DNA of 64,000 nt, taken from assembly GCA_951406725.2 (NCBI GenBank), contig OX597819.1:51274001-51338000 (forward strand), given 5' to 3'. This DNA is from Octopus vulgaris (taxonomy: Eukaryota). The translations under genes and the position numbers were made by a program. The notes beneath the pieces were generated by a model. That model saw nothing but the letters and a program-made list of their open reading frames with translations. It was not told where the DNA came from and ran no database searches. Each line of letters opens with the position of its first letter. Within the stretch, counting starts at the first letter, position 1. Of the stretch, positions 1 through 13,128 are shown piece after piece.

Positions 1-281
1 TTCTGAAGTGTTCTAAAGAAAGAATTACAATGTTTTGGTAAGCATATAAATTCATGCCACATTATGACTTTTTTTCTGATGTGTCGACTGAAAAAGCGTG
101 GCTATTTCCCAGCTGACAAAAGCTGAGATGCGGCATAGAAGACATTGCGTTTTTCAGTCAGAAGAAACCTTGTCCAATCTTATGTAAACAGTTGGATCTA
201 TTGACAGAACTTCATTCTAAATCATAATATATGTATGTAGGTAGTTGTAGAAGTAGTGATTGAAATATATATACACAGCAC

Positions 282-625
<344 letters not shown>

Positions 626-814
626 TGTGTATTTGTGGGAGTAAATAAGTGTTGGTGTATGTAAAATTCTCTGCCTAATAACATCTGCGATTTAACAGGA
701 AACGATAAATAGTAAATATAAAATGGGAAACCAAAAGGTCTCCAAGAATCTGTAAATTATGAGCCATTGGAAAATATCGTAAGACACGAAATACACACTT
801 ACTAAGTAACAGAA

Positions 815-1702
815 ATCATCATCATCATTGTTCGACCGTGGTCGAGACAATGGAATTTACCATGCTACGCCAGACTTCACGGTCCATCATGGCATTACGG
901 AGGTCCTGTTGCTGGATGCCTGTATCCCTGGAGATTACATCAGGGTAGGAGAGTGTGCGCCCTCTGGTATTGCGAGTAGATGGCTTCCAGAGGAGAAGAG
1001 TAGAAATTACTTCTTTTTCAGCTCTACAACAATGTCCAGCAAACTGGACTCTCCTACCTTTCACAAGAGATGACACAGGTGGTAGTTTCCCATATATTTG
1101 CATTTTGGTTGGATGGCGCTTCCACGAGAGATTTTGAGCTCTCATAAGGAGGCGAGTGTAGGTTCCATCCAACCGCCTCTCAAGCTTCTTTGATAACGTC
1201 CAGGTTACTGAGCCATATAGTAGAATTGGTTCGACTGTGGCTTTGAATATTTCAAGTTTGAAGTCTCTACTTAGATTTGATGACCAGATCTTATGCATGT
1301 CATTACAGGCTGACCAGGCCATACCCTTTCTAGTTAGAAAGTCTTTTCCAGATGATGATATGTATGACCCAAGATATTTATAATCAGAAACCATATTTAA
1401 GGGCGCGTTGTTGAGAGTATGGATGATGCAATCACTGTTGGACAGGCACCTATTTATGTATTCAGTTTTGGCCTCATTGAGGTAAAGACCTACACAATTT
1501 GAGGCTTGTTCAAGAGATTGTAAAAGAGACTGGGCATTGGAGAGAGAATCACTGATGAGAGCGATGTCGTCAGCAAAGTCAGTGTCTGTCAAGTACTCAG
1601 CTGGGTGTCTGGAACTTCTTCTTGGTTTTATTTCAAAGCCCTTGCCAGAGATGGTATCAACTGACATACGTAGCACATAATGAACAACAATGATGAAAAA
1701 GG
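815..1702 (-). mobile_element. 5'-truncated RTE-clade LINE (RT C-terminal half, (TGA)n tail)
   Basis: ORF 825..1781(-) has FIIVVHYVLR, TDFADDIAL (RT F/YADD motif), YKYLGS, ILLYGSVTW, FAGHC; stop followed by (TGA)n tail (plus strand atcatcatcatc at ~815-827). Confidence 0.9.
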
Positions 1703-2157
1703 ATCTCTCATTTCTTTTCATCAACAGAAATGAGAGATCCTCATATCGCAAGAGAAACAAAAAGAAAAAATTCATCTTCAAAAATTAATACGACTTCAAC
1801 ATCAAACCCGATAAATATATTTAGATCCGCAGGCAGATATTTGCCAAAAAAACCCCCAAAAAAACACCTACAAGAATGGAACCGCAAAGCCCCGAACTAG
1901 ACACATCTTACATCTCCTATAGGTCAAACACATAGAGACAAATTAAAGAATCCTTTAATGAAAAGCATAATCAAACGTACTAATACATATCAGAACATAA
2001 GAAAGAAAGCAGCCAGTTCTGGTGACAACATAGATATTCACATGTGCCCACATAAATAAACAAAGAAAGACTCCTAAAATTCTATAATTAAAAATATCAT
2101 ATGATATATCACATAATATATAAATAAGAACACGCCTTCCTCAGAATACATATGCAT

Positions 2158-2560
2158 AGGCGCAGGCGTAGCTGTGCAGTAAGAAGCTTGCTCCCCAAGA
2201 ACATGGTTGCAGGTTCAGTCCCGGTGCGAGGCACCTTGTGCAAGTGTCCTCTACTATAGCTTCGGGACGACCAAAGCCTTGTGAGGGGATTTAGTAGATG
2301 GAAACTGAAAGATGCCTGTCGTATGTATGTGTGTGTGTGTGTGTGTTTGCCCCCCCCCCCACCATCGCTTGACAACCGACATTGGTGTACCTACGTCCCT
2401 GAAACTTAGCGGTTCGACAAAAGAGACCGATAGAATAAGTGCTAAGCTTACAAAGAATAAGTCCTGGGATCGATTTCTTCGATAAAAGTCATCCTTTAAG
2501 ACGGTGCTCCAGCATGGCCGCAGTCAAATGACTAATACAAGAAGAAGGATAAAAGAATAA
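2158..2560 (+). mobile_element. tRNA-derived SINE family 1 (internal microsatellite, CR1-like tail)
   Basis: Head ggcgcaggcgtagctgtg...ggttcagtccc (A/B-box-like), internal (GT)n, tail ggtgctccagcatggccgcagtcaaatgact; >10 homologous copies in this window. Confidence 0.9.
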
Positions 2561-3712
2561 ATGAATTAAAGTATAAGAGAATACACTCAAACTAAAAACA
2601 TCTAAAGATCTACAATTCAAAGAACACATGATAAACAAATTGGTATCTTTATTTAGATAAAGAGATCACCTCAATCTGCCATACCAATCAGAGATATGAC
2701 CAAAAGAAAATTCCGACCACATTACTAAATGTCGCTCAAGCTTGACACATATACAAACATTCTTCCTAAACCAGATTTTTATTATGTTTGTATGTTTATA
2801 TAGATACTTAAACATACGATAAAAAAATAAAGCCTGACCACAACGTACATGAACGCACAGGCACAAACAAATATACTTATGATACTTCAAACAAAAGTCG
2901 TCAATTAGCTTGACAGAAAATTCAATAAGATAGACCAAATACAAAACAAAATCCCAAACACATAAGGCAAAAAACACTCAACCATGAAATAACATTTACA
3001 ACATCATAAACTCCTCCAGTAAATAAATATGTCCTTAATCAGCTTTACATCGAAATTTACTCAAGAACAAGTCATTAACATTCCTTAATCTTGACCAAAG
3101 CAGAATGATCACCAACGCAAACAGCGTTACGAAAAAAAAAAAAACATACAAAAAACATTAATTAGATTAACTGGTAAATTCCGTAAATAAAACAGCAAAA
3201 TATTTTAAAATATATCCTCTCATCAATAAATACAAGAAAAATAAGCACCACGCTAGAGGAAATTAATCAATCACGAGGCAGAAAATTAACTCTTAGTTCG
3301 CAGTTATATAAGCAAAATCAATCAAGACACAAGCAAGTGACCACCGCAACACAGTCGAATATAATTTACCACCAAAACAATTTCTCACAATTCTAGCCTG
3401 CAGATCGTAGAAGCAGGAAACTCAAGTTGCGAGGTTAATCCTGTGTGTGTGTGTGTGTGTGTGTGTGCGTGCGCGCGCGTCTGCCTGTGTGTGTGAATAT
3501 ATAGGTTATGAGAGGTGATGGTGTAAAGAAGACCTAAAAGTGTCAGGTAATGCTGAGTAAGTGCTATGGACAGACTATAGTTAAGCTCCAGGTTCGGTGA
3601 TTATGCGAACGAGGAGTCCAACGTAGGTCATATATGAGCATGTGTATTTATAAAAACATTAACAGAATGGGATAAAAGCTGTGAAAAATTTCAGAATATT
3701 TATAAATAAAAG

Positions 3713-3760
3713 GTCTTACAGCTGTTTCCAGGATAATTTATATATCCCTTCATCGGAGAC
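3713..3760 (-). ncRNA. Minimal type-I hammerhead-like motif (CCGAUGA variant)
   Basis: Minus: GTCT CCGATGA AGGGATA..TATCCTG GAAA CAGCTG TA AGAC; stem I GTCT/AGAC, palindromic stem III ACAGCTGT, GUA site. Confidence 0.7.
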
Positions 3761-4010
3761 GGTGTGAGAAGATGGTTAAGCAATAGTTATTTTAGGTAAG
3801 ATATGAAATAGAGAGTGAAGTGGAGGAATGAAAATTGACGTGAGATATGCAGGGATATTGTGTCTACAGTTCCATTATTTAGGCCGAATGGTATACATAT
3901 AAAATTCCTGCACCTTGTGAGTAGGTTCCAATAGTATTTTCATTCTTCCACTTCACTGTCTACTTCATATCTTATCTAGAATAACTATTGCTTAACCATT
4001 TTCTCACACC

Positions 4011-4058
4011 GTCTCCGATGAAGGGATATATAAAATATCCCTGAAACAGCTGTACGAC
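4011..4058 (+). ncRNA. Minimal type-I hammerhead-like motif (CCGAUGA variant)
   Basis: GTCT CCGATGA AGGGATA tataaaa TATCCCT GAAA CAGCTG TA CGAC; perfect 7-bp stem II, one stem I mismatch. Confidence 0.68.
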
Positions 4059-4141
4059 CTATTTATAAATGCTCTGAAATCTTTCATACCCTTGGGTTTT
4101 TATTGCAGAACAGTCGTTGTATTAATGAGTTATATCTAATT

Positions 4142-4247
4142 ATCACCGGAAGAGACACATCTACGCCGATGGATGCCTCTAAACCAGTTGTTTAGTATCC
4201 CACCTATGAGGGATGGATGCTAGATGGGTCGAAACAATTGTAGTGGT
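4142..4247 (+). ncRNA. Hammerhead-like motif with long stem II (CGGAAGA variant)
   Basis: ATCAC CGGAAGA GACACATCTA...TAGATGGGTC GAAA CAATTG TA GTGGT; stem I ATCAC/GTGGT, palindromic stem III ACAATTGT; related to 56967-57138. Confidence 0.62.
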
Positions 4248-4289
4248 TAAAAATTTCGTATCTTCTATCGTCCGCCACTCTCATTAATC

Positions 4290-4557
4290 AAAAGCTCACA
4301 ACTCTTCAATATTCTACCACAAAGCCTGAGAGATCTGTATAGCGTGGATGTAGCTTTTTCAAAACAAAAATAGATCTCCTTCTGTCAAGAGGTCCGGATG
4401 GACCTACCTCTAGGCAAGAAAGAGATGAGGGCAGCAACGTCAAACTCTCTCATCCACCAAATACCACGTATCAGAGGAGGTTTAGTAAAAGTTTAGCAAA
4501 ATAAAGGGTGGTGCCCCAAGCACCGCCACAGTGCATGGACTGAGACTTTGAGAAAAA
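4290..4557 (+). mobile_element. Degraded 3' end of CR1-like LINE
   Basis: Similar to 16275-16540 (caactcttcaatattct.., caccaaataccacgtatcagaggagg, tail ggtggtgccccaagca..). Confidence 0.75.
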
Positions 4558-4570
4558 TATGTATATCTAC

Positions 4571-6092
<1,522 letters not shown>

Positions 6093-6764
6093 ATGAGGGA
6101 GACAGACAAACAGACAGCAGGCAGACAAATAAATAGATAAACAGACAGACAAGGAATTGTATGTAATGTACTAGAAGGATATAGTCTAAGAACAAGGGGA
6201 TACGAAGCAAGAAATAATATCCATGTTAATCACGAATAGAGCAAACGAGAAATTAATTCACCCACAACCTTATGTAATTTCATCACGGCACAACATTACA
6301 TCAACAATAAGAATGCTTACTGCTTAATCCCAGTTCTAATTAATCATTTAACTCCCCTATCGTTCTCATAAGCGGCACCAAAACTTAAGAATATAGAAAC
6401 TCAGTAGGAGTATATAAAATAATTTTATATTATACAAGTAAAATGTAAAAGAATACGAAAGCAAATTAGGAAAGCTTATCTTTGACATTATATAGAAGCA
6501 CCTTATCGTTTTTCGCACAGTATGGCGTCCAAGATCTCCCGTTGAGGTACATCGGTATTTTCTAAATATGAAGGATTTAACAACTGAAAATAATATTCTC
6601 GTACGATCTTAATTACACGTTAATTCATTTCAGAAATATTCTGCTATTCTCTCTCCTTGCTTCATAAAAATGAAACTCGACGCATTATATGACAGCCAAG
6701 CAGTTACTTTTATTCATAAAGTTAGTTTTAACCTAGTTAATGCAGTGTAAGTAATAGAGCTGGT

Positions 6765-7035
6765 GAAAGCGCATGGCCTTGTGGTTAGGATGCTGCACTC
6801 ACGATAGCTAGCGTGTTGGTTGGACTTCCGTACCGAGTAGCGTGCTGTGTTCGTGAGAAAAACACTACATTTCACGTTGCTCCAGCCCACTCAGCTGTAA
6901 ATGGGCAACCTCCAGATCATAGAGAAAGTTGACATGCTCGCAGGCATCATTCAAAAGTTAAAACGATGCAAAGCGCACAGTGACCAGCGATGTATAACAA
7001 CATACGATGGTCTGATCGATACGTGATTACGTGAT
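6765..7035 (+). mobile_element. tRNA-derived SINE group 2, degraded
   Basis: Head gcgcatggccttgtggttagg; body catttcacgttgctccagcccactcagctg shared with 22275/26671; tail gtgaccagcgatgtataacaacat..cacgtgat-like shared with 12575. Confidence 0.72.
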
Positions 7036-7089
7036 GTAATAGATCTGATTACAAATACTTAGAAGTATTAGCTCATTGACTGTCATTTT

Positions 7090-7370
7090 CATTATTCTTC
7101 ATTTTAAATTCTACCGAGAAACTTTATTTCTCTCTGTTACCGATGAAATAAGTACCAGTCAAGTACTGGAACTAACCCCTCCATTCCATCCCGAAGAAAA
7201 TGCTTAGTGACTAATACCAGTCTTTTCAACTTACATTCTGCTTTCAAATTCCACCAAGATCAAATTTTCTTCTCATCCCTTCAGGGCCGATAAAATATAG
7301 TACAAGTCAAATACTAGATTAACCCCCTTCTTTCAAACATTATTACCTATGTCTCAAAGGTAGAAACAGT
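7090..7370 (+). mobile_element. Degraded Nin-domain-like SINE fragments (group 3)
   Basis: Two copies of ttcaaattc..ccgat(g/a)aaataagtaccagtcaa motif, homologous to 28285-28835. Confidence 0.55.
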
Positions 7371-8176
7371 TTTTCAACTAAACACGGGAGACAACCCTGG
7401 ATAAACTTCCGCCTCCTTAGAATGTATTCCAAGCTAGATTCCCAAGATATACTATCCTATTCTTTTACTCGTTCTGGCCTTTGGACCACGGTCATGCTGT
7501 GGAACTAGAGCCTTGGAAATGTTTTAGCCTATCATAGTGTCATGTTTTAAAGTATTGGACTTATCGGAAACAATTTATAGAACCGCTACGTTACGAGCCA
7601 TGCAAATATATTTCAGGGACAGATCTAACGTCTTGCTTCTGTAATATTATTCACAAAATATTCCAAAAATAAAGTGCTGCATTTTTTTAATAAGAAGAAA
7701 ACCAAGCATATTTGTAATGCACTCTCCTAATCTGTATGAAGTTATGTCACAGCACACTGTCTATTCATATCATTGCACGTTGATTTTTTTTCTTGTCTCT
7801 CTCTCTTTATTGTGTCAATGAAATGAAACTAAAATTCTCTAAAAGATTTCTTTAGTCGATACAAATCACAAAGTTAACAAACAATTATGGGATTAAAATT
7901 TTAAATGTTTTTACTAGAATTAATAAACATTTTAAATGCTTTTACTAGAATGAATGAATAGTTGCTGTTTTTACTTTTTACTAGTTATTTTTAGTTCAAG
8001 GTGAATTGTTTACAAAAACATTCAAATTGTAAGCATAACGATTTAGTGGGTGTCTTCCATATTATATAATGTCATTTTCTTGTTTTAACCTGGTAGGGTT
8101 TGATTTGAGGACAATTTGGCTGATGTTTCTTGCAAGAGTATAGAGGCTCGTGGAACACATACTTTTCTTTTATGTA

Positions 8177-8696
8177 TTGGGTTGTCCGGAAAGTTCGTGC
8201 CGATTTTTAAAGGAAAGAAAAAGGTCAATAAATACTTGCCATTACACTTTTAATCAACCAAATATGAACCATTTTGTTGCACAATGCGTCTCCATTTTTC
8301 CTTTAACTTGAAAATACCCTCTTCCCAGAGTTGGGCAAAGAATTCATGAAGGTATCTTTTTACGTCATTCAAGGAATTGAAATTTTTACCATTAAGACTA
8401 TTCTGCAGAGACCTGAATAAGTGGAAATCCGAAGGAGCAATATCTGGTGAATATGGAGAGTGGGGTAACACATCCCAACCGAACTGCAGCAAAAGGAACT
8501 TTTTTATATTCCATTTTAAAGGGTTACAGAATTAACACAGGTTATAGGAACATAAACCTTCTTCCACGAAAAGATAGCTTAAACTATGCTCTAAATGGAG
8601 GTGTAGTCAAATTCTATTTTATGGACTCAACCATGTTCTAAAAATAAGTCGAAATTAAGCTACAATAAATCGGCACGAACTTTCCGGACAGCCCAA
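8177..8696 (-). mobile_element. Internally deleted mariner DNA transposon
   Basis: ~30-bp TIRs ttgggttgtccggaaagttcgtgccgattt / aaatcggcacgaactttccggacagcccaa, TA at 8175-76 and 8697-98; ORF 8250..8492(-) WDVLPHSPYSPDIAPSDFHLF (mariner YSPDLAPxD motif). Confidence 0.95.
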
Positions 8697-9245
8697 TACA
8701 ATGTAAAATAATCAAATCAAAATAATTTCGAAGAAAATTTTTAAAAGAAAAACTGAGAAAATTTAACATAAACGGAGGAAATAAAATAAAACAAATTAAA
8801 TGATATCGAGATAAACTAAAATGATAGATATTTGGATAAAATAGATTGAATGTCTGTATTTTGAACTGTTTCAACTAAAGCTGATTAATTTATTAATTTA
8901 TTTAGTTAAGTGAAGCTTGCAATGCTTCATCTACAAATAGATGACGAATGTCACTTTTCAAGCAATAGTAGCCTCTCAAATTCTGGTGTTTTAGAAACTA
9001 TCAAATAAGGCTGCATGTGGAGGTCATAAAAGAAGTTTGGACACGATACTTGTATGCAGGTAATGTGCGCTGTGGAGCAAGAAGATTGGGAATCCATTTT
9101 TGCTATACATTATGTTAAAATGACAACAGTTATATAATTAGGCGCACAGAGGTTCTATGTAGCATTTACATCATGCAGGTGTCTGTGCCGAAGTCCAAAA
9201 GATAGAGTATAAAATTGTTGAGAGTTTGAATTATTCATAATTCAA

Positions 9246-10180
9246 GCGGCGAGCTTCCAGAATCGTTAACTTTTCGGACAAAACGTTTAGCGGCATTACT
9301 TTTGGCGTTACATTCTACATTCAAATTCAACAACTTTGTATTTCATTCTTTCGGGGTCGATAAAATAAGCACCATTTGAGTACTATGGTCGATGTAATAG
9401 ACTAGCCCTCCCTCTAAAAATTTCAAACCTTGAGCAAATAATCGAAATAATTTAATATTCACAGTTAGCATAGTAGAAACTTCGCAAGGGCTTATTGATT
9501 CTATCCTTTCGAAATGAATACAAAGATAATTTTTCATTCATCATCTTGAAGAAGAAGGATAAAGCAAATGCATTTACAGCCAGAGAAATTATATTTTGTG
9601 TTTGCGCAACAGATGATCGCCATAAACTTGTAAAAGAGGCTTTGGTGCGTGTTAAAGAAGCGTTGCCAGTCAAAATAAAACAATAATTTATTGACCAATC
9701 AATAATGGTATCGAAATATGATTTCATGCTTGTCTTTAATTTTAAAAGGGTTGATGAATTAGAAGATTCGCTAGCGTCGGAAAAATGTTTCCAATTTTTT
9801 TTTTCTTCCATCTATTACATTCTGAATTCAAATCCCGCCGAGTCCGAATTTTGATTTCACCTTTCGGAACCGATAAATATAGGTCTATTCAAGTGCTGGG
9901 GTCAGTTGCGTCGACTAACCCATTAACCTCAAACCTGTTGGTATCGTACCTAAATTAAAACATAGGCAACAGTCTGGTAGAATTCCTAAGGAAAAACTGC
10001 CTTCAGTATTTGCGCCCAGTTGTTTACATTCTAAATTCCAATCCTGCCGATGTTAACTTTTCCCCGCATGGTTGCGAAGTCGATAAAATAAAATACCAAC
10101 CAAATACTGCAGTCGATGGTATCGATTGACTTCCTCCCCTCAAAACTGTTGACCTTGTGACTAAATTAGAAACCATCATT
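9246..10180 (+). mobile_element. Three degraded Nin-domain-like SINE copies (~9246-9450, 9815-9960, 9965-10180)
   Basis: Recurrent ttcattctttcggggtcgataaaataag..cc..ggtcgatgtaat motif. Confidence 0.65.
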
Positions 10181-10404
10181 TAACTAGAAAAAGGTTTTTA
10201 ATTTGTTTTAAGACGATTTTAATTGGATTAAAATTTATTGGTATTCGTTTTGAATTTAGTTTAATTTTCTTTTAATTTAATTGCTTTCGAGTTTTTAGTT
10301 TGGTTACAAATTACTTCACTTTCTACTTGAAATTTTCTTCAGTTATAGTATTTGTTTGCTTCCATAGCGTGAATATAATAATAATAATAATAGTAATAAT
10401 ATTA

Positions 10405-10958
10405 TGCCCTGATGCAGTACCAGACAGTGGCTCTCATGGCTTCTGATCTCAACACATTAGAGTTGTTATCATGTACATTGTTTTGTCTTGGTATAAAAGA
10501 TGGACTACAGAAAATATTCTGCTCAATACCACAGATTTGCTTGTCATTTGTTTGACCTTAACCAGTTGACCATGCCCCTTAGTAGCTGATGATAAGTGCA
10601 TCACTGATCACGAGAAGAGGTAGTGGGGAGCATCATAGTCATGTATTGAGAGGGATTCTTTGGGATTTGAATAATTCACCTCTGGAAACATAGATGTTTT
10701 GTTCAACATCCTTAAGCAACCCTTATTCCGGGACCTTTTTGGCGGGATGGGCTACTCGACCAGAAGAAAATTCTAACTGGGCCCCACCTGCAAGGTCATG
10801 TGCTATTTATCTTTGTATGAGATCACCATGTCACGCACATATGGTTGTGATGCATGTGCCTAGTGTACTTTTATCAGATGGGTAGTTAGGACGGTTATGC
10901 TGGGCTTCGTATATTTTACCCCAGTGTCACTTTGATGGCATACACTGCTCTCTCACTC
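10405..10958. mobile_element. Non-coding repeat embedded in (AAT)n tracts; second copy at 35838-36351
   Basis: Clear homology between copies (ggcttctgatct...ctctctcactc) each followed by long (AAT)n; this copy is also preceded by (AAT)n. Confidence 0.8.
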
Positions 10959-11031
<73 letters not shown>

Positions 11032-11050
11032 TGTCTGTATATATATATAA

Positions 11051-11117
<67 letters not shown>

Positions 11118-11135
11118 TTAATAATAATAATAATA
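10959..11135. repeat. (AAT)n microsatellites
   Basis: Direct. Confidence 0.97.
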
Positions 11136-11615
11136 CTAATATATATATATAATTTGTGTACATTTATACACAAAAAGGTGAGCCTAACACGCCACCTTAC
11201 ATGATAAAAAGAGCTGTGAAAGCCCAAAACACGGTTAAAATATGTGTATATAGATGGAACATGTACTGTCTTCAATGTTCCATAAATATATATTAGCAGC
11301 AACCGTGATGAGAACACTGATGAGAAGACTGTAGAGAACACTGACGGCAAATTATTTTTTTTCTTCATTGATGTTCGAATTCTGGGTACATTTGGTAACT
11401 ATTGAAAATGTTTTTATTTTACATCTCCTTCGAAATTATTCTTAACCGTAGTTTGGGCTTTGACTGCTCTTTTCAGCATATAAGGGGGCCTGTTAGGCTC
11501 ACCTTTTTTGTGTATACATGAAAACTAATTTTATATGAAGAATATGTTGTCTATTGACTCTTTTATGTGTGTGTGTATATATGTATATATATATGTATAT
11601 ATATATGTGTGTATA

Positions 11616-11687
<72 letters not shown>

Positions 11688-11691
<4 letters not shown>

Positions 11692-11844
11692 CCCTCAGTT
11701 GCTAAGATGGCCACCCTTGCTAGATATGCAGATGACCAAGTGCCACGTATCAGAGGCGGATTCACATATTAGTGTAGCTCATTCAGCGGTGGTGCACCAG
11801 CATGGCCGCGGCCTTCGGGCTAAAACATTTTTAAGGATTTAAGG

Positions 11845-11850
<6 letters not shown>
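11688..11850 (+). mobile_element. Internally deleted CR1-like mini-element
   Basis: Translates [16 protein letters not shown]|[11 protein letters not shown], matching MPSNARIATLASYADD and HQVPYIRGGFS* of the 13.1-16.6 kb LINE, then CR1-type tail. Confidence 0.8.
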
Positions 11851-11887
<37 letters not shown>

Positions 11888-11890
<3 letters not shown>

Positions 11891-12097
11891 GTTAATACAA
11901 ACATGAAAACACAAAGAAAAAACACAACAACGCGAGGACGTGGAACAAATATAGTATTAGTGGACGCTCAGGAAGGAAGGTAAGAAGGAGGGTTTGACGT
12001 TTCGAGCGGAGCTCTTCGTCGAAAACATAGGAGAAGGAAAGATCCAGAGAAGGGAAGACAGAGGAAAAAATCGCCAACGGTACACACGCGGTCACAT
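11888..12097 (-). mobile_element. Short (TA)n-flanked repeat carrying a hammerhead-like motif (11992-12026)
   Basis: Minus: GTTT TCGACGA A GAGC TCC GCTC GAAA CG TC AAAC; related motifs at 44889 and 45599. Confidence 0.6.
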
Positions 12098-12118
12098 TTA
12101 TATATATATATGTGTGTG

Positions 12119-12195
<77 letters not shown>

Positions 12196-12412
12196 GAAAT
12201 ATTAAAATAACTAAGTCTCTAAGTCTGCCGGTCAAGTAGTGTGGAGCGACTGACCTCCCTTGTTCGAAGGTTATATGGATACAGTTTGTGTATCAAATAG
12301 CTAACTTAAGGCGATGGCCTCATGGAGCTAATAAGCGGACAGCTTTTTTCTTATTTTTATAAGAATGCCATATTAGTATGGCGATAACTATATATATATA
12401 TATATATATAAT

Positions 12413-12464
<52 letters not shown>

Positions 12465-12482
12465 GATAACTCTATATAATTT

Positions 12483-12574
<92 letters not shown>

Positions 12575-12576
<2 letters not shown>

Positions 12577-12870
12577 AGGTGCAATGGCCTAGTGGTTAGG
12601 GCAGCGGACTCGCGGTCGTAGGATCGCGGTTTCGATTCTCAGACCGGGCGTTGTGAGTGTTTATTGAGCGAAAACACCTAAAAGCTCCACGAGGCTCCGG
12701 CAGGGGGTGGTGATCTCTGCTGTACTCTTTCACCACTCTTTCTCCCACTCTTTCTTCTGTTGGCCTGCTCGCTTAGCCAGCGGGATGGCGTCATTCGAAG
12801 GCTAAAACAATGCGAGCACATTGTGGCCAGCGATGTGTAACTACATCTGATGGACTGGTCGGTCACGTGA

Positions 12871-12873
<3 letters not shown>
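12575..12873 (+). mobile_element. tRNA-derived SINE group 2
   Basis: A box tggcctagtgg, B box ggtttcgattc; tail shared with 6765-7035. Confidence 0.85.
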
Positions 12874-12908
<35 letters not shown>

Positions 12909-12923
12909 ATATATAATGTATAC

Positions 12924-12999
<76 letters not shown>

Positions 13000-13008
13000 A
13001 TATATATG

Positions 13009-13104
<96 letters not shown>

Positions 13105-13128
13105 GTGTGTGTGTGTGTGTGTGTGTGT

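Larger units (their letters stand above)
3662..4095. mobile_element. Fold-back (inverted-repeat) element with a hammerhead-like motif in each arm; putative Penelope pLTR derivative
   Basis: Arms ~3680-3836 and ~3937-4090 are near reverse complements; homologous to 39610-39897. Confidence 0.8.

Noticed and set aside
12575-12650. tRNA gene
   Set aside because: A/B boxes present but the sequence continues into a SINE body; no clean cloverleaf or terminator. Same for other SINE heads.
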